The position numbers and the translations under genes are program-made. A DNA stretch of 64,000 nucleotides from contig CANQXA010000003.1 in NCBI GenBank assembly GCA_947627765.1, positions 12,713-76,712 of the forward strand. The letters are read 5' to 3'. Below the pieces are notes generated by a model. The model was not told the origin of the DNA, did no database searches, and saw only the letters and a program-made list of their open reading frames with translations. Position 1 is the stretch's first letter, and every line of letters starts with the position of its first letter. Source of the stretch: an uncultured Clostridia bacterium. Its GTDB lineage: Bacteria > Bacillota > Clostridia > Christensenellales > Borkfalkiaceae. This document shows, one piece after another, positions 11,101-16,776 of the stretch.

Positions 11101-12921
11101 CGAATAGCTGAGCCCCGAAGAGAGCGCGTGATAATAGAGGTTGCAAGGATCGCTCCAAGGGGAATTGACGTCGCCCTTCGCGCGGACGGTGACCACATAC
11201 TCTTGCAGTGCCGACCATTCGATCCCCGCGGTGGAGAGGTCGAGCGAGTTGGTGGTTGCGGGATAGTTCTTCCCGTTGATGTTGACGTCATAGCCGCCCG
11301 TCGCACCTGTGACCTGCGACCACGAGAGGGTGTTCCCCTCGATACGGAGATCGCGGGGCGCCGCAAGGGACTTCTTCTCGTAGGTGATCTGCGTAGCCGA
11401 GGGCGAGTTGTAACCGTTCGTCTTGGGATAGACGTTGACGGTGATGTTGCCGGCGGCGCAGTCTTTGAGGCTGTAGAAGGTCTTGCCGTTGGTGTTGACC
11501 TCGGCGTGCTCGTGGGTCCCGTCACTGCAAGCGACGGACACGATATAATCGACGGCGTTGGGAACGGCATCCCACACCAACAGATCGTCGTCCTCCACAT
11601 GGAGCCCGCCCACAGGCGCGAGCGTACGGACGTAGACAAAGGTCTCGGAGACGGAGGAGGCGTAACCCGCACCCGCCGCCGTGACGGTGAACTTGATGCC
11701 GTTTGCGGTCATCGGGCAGTTCAGGAAGTTAAAATTGGTGGAATCGAAGTTGTCGAGCATCTCGTGCTTGTGCCCGGGATCGCCGCATTCCACGGTGATA
11801 TAGTAGTGCTGTGCGCCCTTGACGGCGTTGAACACGAGCGTGGAGGGTTCCACGACGGTGAACAGCGATACGCGCGCGAGCGCTTTATTATGGTAATAGC
11901 GAAGGGTGGGCTCGCCGCCGTTCGCCGCGACGGAGATCGTATAATCCCCCGCGGGATAGGAAGCGAAATCGACGGAGACGCTCGTCGAACCCGTCTGCCC
12001 GCTCAGCCCGTTGAAACCTTCGGGACCGGTCACCGAATAGGTGTAATTCACCGCGGCGCCCGTGCTTTCCCATGTGATGGCGTCCTCGCCGACCGTGACG
12101 AGCGGGGCGGAGTTGTTCTCCGTCCAAACCGCAAAGAGGGTACTGCTCGCGTCGAAGATGTAATCCTCCGTCCAGCGGAAGGAGAGCCGGTCGCCCTTCT
12201 CGTACATACTGATCCACCAGCCGCGGAAGGTATACCCCGAACGTGCGGCGGGAACGGGAGCTTCGAGCAGTTTCCCGTTGGCAGTCAGCTTGGGCGCGAT
12301 CGTTTCGCCTTCGGGATAGCCGAGGTCGAAATCCAGCGTATATTCCGCGATCCCGGGGATCCGCTGTTCCCATTTCGCGTACAGCGTGGTATCCGCCGAG
12401 ACGGGCGCGGTATCGAAGAGGAAGGGCTGGGTATGAGCCGCATCCGTAAACCAGCCGAGGAAATACCATCCTTCGCGGGTGGGGTCGGCGGGTCTCGAAA
12501 CCGTCTTGCCGTTGAGGACCGTAACGTCTCCCACGGCGCTTCCGCCGTCCGTCTGGAAGTCAACGGTGTAATCGACTTTCTTCAAAAAGCGCATGGAAGA
12601 GGAATCGTAGGTGAGTTGAAGGAAATTGTCGCCGAGGGTGGCGATGATGTCCTTCTGACCCTTCTCGCTGAAATCGAGTTTCAGCCCTTCTTCCGTGATG
12701 GAGTATTTCCCCGTGAGATCGGCGCCGCGTACCGAGAAGGAGAACAGGTTCCCGTCGTAGAGCTCGATGGTATACTCCGTTCCCTCCGCATCATAGTAGT
12801 AGACGCCCGCCTCGGGGGTCTCCGGGTTCTCGTCACCCTTGCCGCAGGCGGCGACGGTGGCGATGCCGAATACCGCAACGAGCGCGGTAATCAGAGCGAC
12901 TAACCATTTCTTGATTTTCAT
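2149..12921 (-). CDS. Giant (3590 aa) surface lipoprotein: Listeria-Bacteroides repeats, FN3/Ig-like modules and dozens of BspA-type leucine-rich repeats
   Basis: N-terminal signal with lipobox (LVAVFGIATVAAC/GKG). Repeated G(W/Y)xFxGW motifs. Recurrent LRR_5-type units (IPxSVxxIGxxAFxxCxxLxxV) through most of the protein. SD GAGGG upstream of the ATG. Confidence 0.9.
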   Translation of the reverse strand: MKIKKWLVALITALVAVFGIATVAACGKGDENPETPEAGVYYYDAEGTEYTIELYDGNLFSFSVRGADLTGKYSITEEGLKLDFSEKGQKDIIATLGDNFLQLTYDSSSMRFLKKVDYTVDFQTDGGSAVGDVTVLNGKTVSRPADPTREGWYFLGWFTDAAHTQPFLFDTAPVSADTTLYAKWEQRIPGIAEYTLDFDLGYPEGETIAPKLTANGKLLEAPVPAARSGYTFRGWWISMYEKGDRLSFRWTEDYIFDASSTLFAVWTENNSAPLVTVGEDAITWESTGAAVNYTYSVTGPEGFNGLSGQTGSTSVSVDFASYPAGDYTISVAANGGEPTLRYYHNKALARVSLFTVVEPSTLVFNAVKGAQHYYITVECGDPGHKHEMLDNFDSTNFNFLNCPMTANGIKFTVTAAGAGYASSVSETFVYVRTLAPVGGLHVEDDDLLVWDAVPNAVDYIVSVACSDGTHEHAEVNTNGKTFYSLKDCAAGNITVNVYPKTNGYNSPSATQITYEKKSLAAPRDLRIEGNTLSWSQVTGATGGYDVNINGKNYPATTNSLDLSTAGIEWSALQEYVVTVRAKGDVNSPWSDPCNLYYHALSSGLSYSHNLLTWPHVVGALRYEVRVNDGKITEVEGGQNYLETALTKAGENVLYVRYFDGTTFSDWASVTVTAYAVEFNPLSGTPVDPVYVAYGDKVTLPESTREGYKLSGWYNAPGGAAGNGAEYLDETFTGIGPMMLYANWTPEQYTITYFADDAAGTSGSATVTYGEPFEFEVPSNTDTSYNFYGWYSHTGGSGTPYTDRFGKGLDVWSVAGDVTVYAYWANVLDFDPVEEGGKTGFAVRQGPGIAVVDGVRIPETHDGQPVLVIDALAFRDCTNLKSIEIPDSVEVIASNAFYNCTGVTGYTVYESSLVSDHSQANYYSDGGAIIERFADDDSHTRTMRLVFFPVGRTGSYTVPDGVWVLPERVFAGAVLTSVTIPASVKTIEPNAFYQTRQLQTVTFIAAQSGGAADGLSVAGKAFYYCDALEEITFPAHLNELGDGVTFATIFTNCGKLARLNIEEGNQHYASIDGIVTDAEKETILFCPRSREGVFNFAAFEGTTVKAIGASAFDNCSKITEIIFPGFITSIGEGAFRNCTAIETITFKGDVVTGDVTIGKAAFSGGGITGQRACTALTTVTFEEGSKVKEIGEQAFMGCFKLNAIVLPSTVRAVGKEAFKDCSGLLTATIDGSSDENDTTTFGTNVFQNCTNLAEVHISKNVKDFPSGIFAGCSNLATVTVADDSPYLKVWDGVLYDHEITKIIWVPLGRTGAFTIPETVTEIGANIFNNTGFTELIIPKSVTKIAYQAFYRMYSLEKVTFEEGGEEELVFATQNASSNSGRQFDDCEALVEMHLPARVKKIPEGFVMMTSSSTSTSSWTTLGGHSALTTVTIGDAEHPSQLEYIGKSAFIGCAHLTEFVIPDTVTYIGDYAFANTAIKNITIKEGIEYGARAYYWSLYYDYLKNDQKLTDEDIADPQYDVTFTVEEGVTTIPEYVVNQISGTSLIRGEIKIPKSVTSIGAQAFGYTKITKLTFEEGGTDLTIGASLLSACNSLEEVHFPAHMTAWPATVFGSGTGVKPHTVTFGDKDHPSQLAEIGAKAFQGNDNLTSLEIPSTVTTIGDNAFSATTGLTSLTLPEGLTTIGKQSFANSGLTTIELPKTITSLADGAFQNSLQLASVTFAADYAYNAFPDNIFSGCTAFNTIDVPDCVTTIGKNAFSGTALTEITLPGALTSIGNTAFQNCTELKTVTFGTPEEGTEVELTLGSKTSSTGSVFKGCTQLESVTFGAKTVIGMSAFEGITALHTVNFGKNEITVLESAFEGTELGELNIPGNVKTIGQYAFKDAKITALTLGEGVETIGEYAFSGNEFTTVKLPSTLKATAYDEKGKFSEGFAPSAFFDCASLKTITVEDGGAYSAASGALYLKDEENGSTLVYVPEGFEGTAEIPNTVSKIGAGAFFNSKISGLTFQEGGTFDLVIEGNTISANEHQGAFQNTSFTTVEFPARLTTLGDYAFFEAKIQTVTFKSSAEAPSRLSVIGMYAFNGSELTSFSFPEYSKENVTLALGTVYNDGSCSGDIFRGTKLAGEISIPANVTHIGSNTFRDLAITKVEIAENSKLAYIGQYAFSSTAELTTFEFKGTVIAETFQIATRAFENSGITAFTVPAQTTTIAAAAFEGTSNLATVTFLGVDDENSKLTKIENNTFKGSGIKSLVLPEGITSIGTSAFEDCAELSGDLVLPDTIQTIAYGAFAKSGISKVTLPKNLTQISGAGAGGTTYGAFAACPNLQEVVFQNGTASLAIACSATAPSGGIGTSTQVCGVFSSNPKLQKVTLSKNIVAIANFTFANCGALETVQFGEDDSEVADSKLATIGVSAFINCTSLAKFTVPNNVKSFGNYSFGNCTGLEEITLGAGVPAPTASVNPFWATPSTSAYLPSYAFAGCTGLQNIKVADGNPALQSKEGVLFSKDGSTLYTYPMGKEGDYTVPEGTAIIFQGAFYKHKKIQKLTIAGTVTCIQNYALAGGNSVDDIGSLSEVIFAEGTADLMIGSGTTSTPVNTTGRVFAYTSLTTLKLPARTKYLCNYLAYYSPNLQTFELEEGCKVEKLPNYSLASCTALTTVTLPEGTSLKEIGTYVFSGCTALETFHLPSTITILGSASATATSSSTNVFQKCTALREVTFGDEEHPSQLTVINQQMFEGTAIKEITIPASVTNICRAAFANCLQLETVNFASGTATLTFSDSASGLTSGYSAGVFAGCTALKTFVFPARAAKIADRMFFCAGIEEFIFEDHATVSVIGISAFDTAKIDTIDLPDSVKEIKSMAFSRSTLRSIGLGKVEIISSSAFANCQELEEISIPNTVTTFGGTSGMIFQNDAKLQTVTFEAGGTLESIGDTAFTGCTGLKTVTLPEKLKTIGKSSFLNNTSLTAIKMPDTVTELGTDIFNGCEQLADVTLSQNITSIPDNMFRNNYALADIVLPTSVESIGNSAFLNAGLTKISLTRGLVSIGDSAFSGCTKLEKLTVPNTVRELGNNPFYGVQSVEFEQGNTYYYMDSDGALLGNNQTVLLSYPTSKTGSYTVPSTVTEIAADAFRKTALTDITIPASVTTIGATAFADSTSLRNVIFTGYDHLEEGQGLISLGSAAFQNDVELQRFEIPSTLKTIPTYAFDGCTGLTNVTFHDEIITISSWSFRKTSSLAIELTIGEKVTVLGSNAFEGSGITSVDIKGVPPLGLNSETFKDCKSLKTAKIAEGITAMGTTSSSASGIFSGCEELTEVTVPDTLISMGKNAFYGCTSLQNFSASGLTTLGDYAFYGCTSLKTVNIPKVVDVSNYAFYGCTELTDVTLQKETASRFYFRLHCFDGCEKLKSTVFPTTVASSSLIEAYAFAGTKALGDVTIVTGFDNMNAYAFYQSGVTTVKFEGDICLTTNREGNAYGHQFAECHELTKVTFVQGASKTTIMPNGLFQNCEKLATIENLNAKPQKIESSVFEGCVALTSLTFESVSTIDAEAFKGLTQTTTITFGIKESEIPARTASNTGWHTDWRKDCNANIVFAPENGAAD

Positions 12922-13358
12922 ACTTTGCCCTCACTTTCCGAGCATTTTTTAACATCTCTGCATTTATTCGGAATCGTTTGTATAAAATTCTCCCGATAAA
13001 TTCCGATGTTGTATTAGTTATAGTAATAGATATAACGTTGTTTTGTCAAGGATTTCCGAGAAACTATTCAAATTTTATAAAAATGATACTTTTTCACAAA
13101 AATCGTAAAAAAATTTATTATAGAAACATCACAAAAATAACTATTTTTTATCCCACATTTATGCGCATATTTTCTCCCGTAGGTGAATATAATACTTTCC
13201 AGCCCCAAAAGTACGCTATGGATTGCGGTTTTGGGCGGAATTTCGCCCATATTTTGTATTTTTACGCGCACGCATACGCACAATTTCAATGTTATGAAAA
13301 TAAGCCCTGCTTAAGGCTCCGCTTGCCCGTCTTCCCCTCCGCAAAGCGGGCTTCGGGC

Positions 13359-13397
13359 AAAAAAAGGCGACGAAAAAGGCGCGCCGCGGGGCGCGCC
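13359..13397 (-). terminator. Intrinsic terminator after the Zn-peptidase gene
   Basis: GGCGCGCC-gcgg-GGCGCGCC hairpin (13378-13397), followed on the minus strand by TTTTTCGTCGCCTTTTTTT. Confidence 0.5.
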
Positions 13398-13433
13398 GTC
13401 CGTACAAAAGGGCTTTTTCCCGCTCTTTGCCGC

Positions 13434-14153
13434 TCACCGATCCCGCGAAAAGGAGAGCACGATGAAGAGGAAGCGGAGGAAGTAGATGAGGGAGACGAGC
13501 ATGGAGGCGACGTAGGTAAGCGCCGCCGCCGAAAGTACTTTTTTGGCGCCCGGGAGCTCTTCTTGGGTGAGGATCCCCTCCTGTACGAGCATCTTTCCCG
13601 CGCGGCGGGAGGCGTTGAACTCCACGGGCAGGGTCACGAGCATAAAGAGCACGGAGGTGCCGTAAAGCGCGATGCCCACATACATCATCACCTGCCCCGC
13701 GACAGAGCCCGTCGCGGCGAAGACGGAGACGTCCAAAATGATCCCGAGGAGGATGAGCGGCAGAGCGAGCCGCGAACCGATGTTGGCGATGGGGACGAGC
13801 GCGGTGCGGATCCTGTAAGGAAGATACCCCTTCTTTTTCTGCATGACGTGCCCGATCTCGTGCGCCGCGACCGCCACGGCGGCGACGGACGCCGAGCCGT
13901 AGGTGCTCTCGGAGAGGTTGACCTGCCGCTTGGCGGGATGATAATGGTCGGAGAGCCGTCCGCGCACGCGGTTGACGGAAATGCCGTTTACGCCGTTGCG
14001 CGCCAACAGACGGACGGCGGTATCGTAGCCCGTCATACGGGAACGGTTGGGCACGCGGTCGAAGGCGGAAAAGGTGGAATTCACCCTCGCGCTCGCATAC
14101 GAGGAGAGCGCGATGAAGGGAATGAGCACGATCAAAAAGAAAAGATAATCCAT
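13434..14153 (-). CDS. Membrane-associated neutral zinc metallopeptidase (YugP / Zn_peptidase_2-like)
   Basis: 239-aa ORF. HExxH motif AAHEIGHVMQ. N- and C-terminal hydrophobic helices. Own promoter-like TTGTAA-16-TGgTACAAT and SD GAGGTAG upstream. Confidence 0.8.
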   Translation of the reverse strand: MDYLFFLIVLIPFIALSSYASARVNSTFSAFDRVPNRSRMTGYDTAVRLLARNGVNGISVNRVRGRLSDHYHPAKRQVNLSESTYGSASVAAVAVAAHEIGHVMQKKKGYLPYRIRTALVPIANIGSRLALPLILLGIILDVSVFAATGSVAGQVMMYVGIALYGTSVLFMLVTLPVEFNASRRAGKMLVQEGILTQEELPGAKKVLSAAALTYVASMLVSLIYFLRFLFIVLSFSRDR

Positions 14154-14269
14154 GAAACTACCTCATGTTTATTGTACCACGATTTCCCGCGTTTACAACA
14201 ACTTTCGGAAAAATTTCACCGCCGCGGGCGGGACGTCAAGAAAAATATGGCGCATTTCCCGACCCCATG

Positions 14270-14479
14270 TCACGAAAAGTAGAAAATTTCCTCGAATTTT
14301 TTGTCGAGCGCGACCGAGAGGACGAGTGCGAGTTTGGCGGTGGGACAATACTGCCCCGTCTCGATGGAGCTGATCGTATTGCGCGAGACGCCCACCATGG
14401 CGGCAAGCCCGCCCTGCGAGATGCCCTTCTCCGCCCGTATCTCTTTGAGACGGTTGCGTAATACCAATTTTCCGTCCAT
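14270..14479 (-). CDS. XRE-family helix-turn-helix transcriptional regulator (69 aa)
   Basis: LRNRLKEIRAEKGISQGGLAAMVGVSRNTISSIETGQYCPTAKLALVLSVAL is a canonical Cro/CI HTH. Confidence 0.85.
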   Translation of the reverse strand: MDGKLVLRNRLKEIRAEKGISQGGLAAMVGVSRNTISSIETGQYCPTAKLALVLSVALDKKFEEIFYFS

Positions 14480-14486
14480 ATCCGCC

Positions 14487-14885
14487 TCACAAAGCCACGC
14501 CGCACAGCCCGAGGATCCAGAGGACCCAATAGACGGCAGTGCCCGCCGTGATCAGGACGGCGCAGACGATAAAGACGGTCTTGGTCTTTTTCTGCTTGTT
14601 GACGCACGCCTGTACGATGTTCTGCGCCGCAATGCCCGTAAACAGGATGCAGAAAAATTCCGGATGGAACCCCCTGTCTAAGAAGATATCGACCATCATG
14701 ATGGCGACGCAGGCAAGCTCCACGGCGATGAAACCCGCATAGTTCGCCCACTGCATCTGCGAACGTTGCCGCTCGTCGCCGTATTTGTTCTCGTTCTTCG
14801 CCCGCGAAAGGACCTCTTCCCGCGAGAGCGCGTCCTTTGCGCCCTCCCCTTCCTTCTCTTGGGACGGGAAGCCGTTTTCTTCCAT
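14487..14885 (-). CDS. Small membrane protein (132 aa), first gene of the XRE operon
   Basis: C-terminal part of track ORF 14487..16523, taken from the internal ATG at 14885 (MEENGFPSQ..). Preceded by SD AAAGGAGAA. Three hydrophobic helices. Stop is 7 nt before the XRE start. Confidence 0.6.
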   Translation of the reverse strand: MEENGFPSQEKEGEGAKDALSREEVLSRAKNENKYGDERQRSQMQWANYAGFIAVELACVAIMMVDIFLDRGFHPEFFCILFTGIAAQNIVQACVNKQKKTKTVFIVCAVLITAGTAVYWVLWILGLCGVAL

Positions 14886-14898
14886 AAACGTTCTCCTT

Positions 14899-14950
14899 TG
14901 CCAAGTTTGCTTGGCACTCCTATCATAGTACTGCCAAGGAAACTTGTCAA
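14899..14950 (-). promoter_or_regulatory. Promoter of the small-TM/XRE operon with two inverted-repeat operators
   Basis: Minus strand: TTGACA (14950-14945), 17 nt, TATGAT (14927-14922). O1 is TGCCAAG-tttg-CTTGGCA (14899-14916). O2 is TGCCAAG-gaaa-CTTGTCA (14932-14949), overlapping the -35. Centres are 33 bp apart. Confidence 0.45.
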
Positions 14951-14979
14951 GCGTTTTTTGAAAATCAATCCGGAATTTC

Positions 14980-15008
14980 TTGCCAAACCGCCCGAAATCT
15001 GTTATACT
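14980..15008 (+). promoter_or_regulatory. Candidate sigma-A promoter of obg (would give a leaderless mRNA)
   Basis: TTGCCA (14980-14985), 17 nt, TGtTATACT (-10 at 15003-15008). The obg ATG at 15015 is only 6 nt after the -10 and has no SD. Confidence 0.45.
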
Positions 15009-15014
15009 CTTCCC

Positions 15015-16289
15015 ATGGCAAAGAACGGATTTACCGACCGCGTCAAGATCACCCTCAAAGCGGGCGACGGCGGCGACGGCATGAACTCCTTCAAGGCGTA
15101 TAAGGGCAAACCCGCCTGCGGGCCCGACGGCGGCGACGGCGGCGACGGCGGAGACGTCGTCTTTGTCGGCGACAGGAACCTGCACGACCTTCTCCCCTTC
15201 CGCTTCACGGCGAAATATTTTGCGGGAAACGGGGAGCGGGGCGGCTCGAACCGCTGTTCGGGAAAACGGGGCGGCGATGTCGTCATCAAAGTGCCTTGCG
15301 GGACCCTGATCCGCGACATGGATACGGGCAAGATCGTCTGCGACGTCTATGAAGACGGCGAAACGCATATCATTTTGAAGGGCGGACGGGGCGGAAAAGG
15401 CAACGTACGTTTCACCACGGCGCGGCGGCACGCGCCCAATTTCGCGCAGAAGGGGCAGGAAGTCAAACCGCACGCCGTCATCCTCGAGATGAAGGTCATC
15501 GCGGACGTCGGCATCGTCGGATTCCCCAACGTCGGCAAGAGCACGCTGCTCTCCAAGATCTCGGCGGCAAAACCCAAGATCGCGGACTATCATTTCACCA
15601 CCCTGTCCCCCAATTTGGGGGTCGTGAGCCGCTACGGAGAGAGCTTCATCGCCGCCGACATCCCCGGGCTGATCGAGGGCGCGGCGGAGGGCGCGGGGCT
15701 GGGGCACGACTTCCTCCGCCACATCGAGCGCACGCGGATGCTCTGCCATGTCGTCGATATTTCGGGCATGGAGGGGCGGGATCCCCTCGCCGATTTTGAG
15801 ACCATCCTCGCCGAACTGCGCAAATACTCCGAGCCGCTCGCCTCCCTGCCCGCCGTCGTCGTGCTCAACAAGTGCGACGTCTATGGTGCCGAAGAGAACA
15901 TCGCGCGGTTCAAAAAGAAGTACGGCAAGCGGTATGAGATCTTCCCCGTCTCCGCGATCCGCGGGGAGGGAACGGACCATTTGATCGCGGCGCTCTTCGA
16001 CCGTCTCGCCGTCCTCCCGCCCGCCGAGCGCATTCCCGCCGACGAGTTCGTGTTCGAAGAGGCGGACAACACGCAGTTCGAGATCTATCTCGACGAAAAC
16101 GGCGAATTCGTCGTGATCGGGGGGCTCGTCGATCTCCTGTGCCGCAACGTCGTCTTGAACAATCCCGACAGCATGAACTACTTCCAGCGCGTGCTCAAAC
16201 TGCGGGGCGTCTTCAAGGCGCTCGCCGAGATGGGCTGTAAGACGGGCGACACCGTCGTCGTCGGAGACGTGGAATTCGAATACGTTTAA
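15015..16289 (+). CDS. obg: GTPase Obg/CgtA
   Basis: MAKNGFTDRVKITLKAGDGGDGMNSF.. glycine-rich Obg fold. G1 motif GFPNVGKST. C-terminal OCT domain typical of Firmicutes. Start chosen at the internal ATG of track ORF 14766..16289. Confidence 0.95.
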   Translation: MAKNGFTDRVKITLKAGDGGDGMNSFKAYKGKPACGPDGGDGGDGGDVVFVGDRNLHDLLPFRFTAKYFAGNGERGGSNRCSGKRGGDVVIKVPCGTLIRDMDTGKIVCDVYEDGETHIILKGGRGGKGNVRFTTARRHAPNFAQKGQEVKPHAVILEMKVIADVGIVGFPNVGKSTLLSKISAAKPKIADYHFTTLSPNLGVVSRYGESFIAADIPGLIEGAAEGAGLGHDFLRHIERTRMLCHVVDISGMEGRDPLADFETILAELRKYSEPLASLPAVVVLNKCDVYGAEENIARFKKKYGKRYEIFPVSAIRGEGTDHLIAALFDRLAVLPPAERIPADEFVFEEADNTQFEIYLDENGEFVVIGGLVDLLCRNVVLNNPDSMNYFQRVLKLRGVFKALAEMGCKTGDTVVVGDVEFEYV

Positions 16290-16299
16290 GGAGAAAGAT

Positions 16300-16593
16300 A
16301 TGTTTACTTCCAAACAGCGCGCCAACCTGAGATCGGCGGCTTCCACTTTAAGACCCATCGCGCAGGTGGGCAAAGAGGGCATTTCGGAAAATCTCCTCGC
16401 GGGGCTCTCCGACGCGCTCGAAGCGCACGAACTCATCAAGATCACCCTTCTCCCCTCTTCGGGGGAGGACGGCGGCAACCTCGCCGAAAATCTCGCGGAC
16501 CTGCTCGGGGCGGAGGTCGTCACCGTGATCGGGCGGAAAGCCGTCCTCTACCGCAGGAGCTCGCGCGAAGACTTCGCGCACATCCTCTTTTGA
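16300..16593 (+). CDS. yhbY: YhbY-like CRM-domain RNA-binding protein
   Basis: 97 aa. LRSAASTLRPIAQVGKEGISENLLAGLSDALEAHELIKI matches the YhbY/CRS1 family. SD AAGGAGAA upstream. Confidence 0.85.
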   Translation: MFTSKQRANLRSAASTLRPIAQVGKEGISENLLAGLSDALEAHELIKITLLPSSGEDGGNLAENLADLLGAEVVTVIGRKAVLYRRSSREDFAHILF

Positions 16594-16701
16594 GCTTCAA
16601 GGGAGCTTTTTCGGTGCGCCGTTCTCTGCCGTAAAAAGGCGGCAGACAACGTTTTTGAAGGTTAGGATGCGGGCATGGTATGCCCGTTTTCCGTGATAGA
16701 A

Positions 16702-16755
16702 GCGCCGCCCGCAGCCATTCGGCTGCGGGCGGCGCCCTTCTTTTTCTTCCTTTTT
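16702..16755. terminator. Terminator between convergent yhbY and ddl
   Basis: Perfect 15-bp stem GCGCCGCCCGCAGCC-attc-GGCTGCGGGCGGCGC (16702-16735), followed by a T-rich tract on the + strand. Confidence 0.55.
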
Positions 16756-16776
16756 CCGCTTGATACGGGGACATTG

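Noticed and set aside
7873-12903. 1676-aa ORF on the + strand (longest alternative ORF in the window)
   Set aside because: It lies entirely antisense to the 3590-aa LRR gene. Its composition is R/G/D/E/V-rich with no signal or domain motifs, which is typical of stop-free antisense frames in GC-rich coding DNA. The minus-strand product has a lipobox and recognisable repeats.
12922-13330. AT-rich segment as a genomic-island boundary or mobile-element scar
   Set aside because: There is no integrase, transposase, tRNA gene or direct repeats flanking it. Similar AT-rich stretches occur at other promoter regions in the window, so it is more simply a regulatory intergenic region.
13434-14479. ImmA/IrrE-type protease + XRE module (prophage or ICE immunity, or toxin-antitoxin)
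   Set aside because: The peptidase is a membrane YugP-like Zn_peptidase_2 rather than the soluble COG2856 ImmA/IrrE type. It has its own promoter, and no phage, integrase or toxin genes are nearby. I keep it only as a low-interest inference.
14886-16523. Upstream two-thirds of the 678-aa minus-strand ORF 14487..16523
   Set aside because: Antisense to obg. Only the last 132 codons, from ATG 14885 with an SD, look like a real small membrane protein gene.
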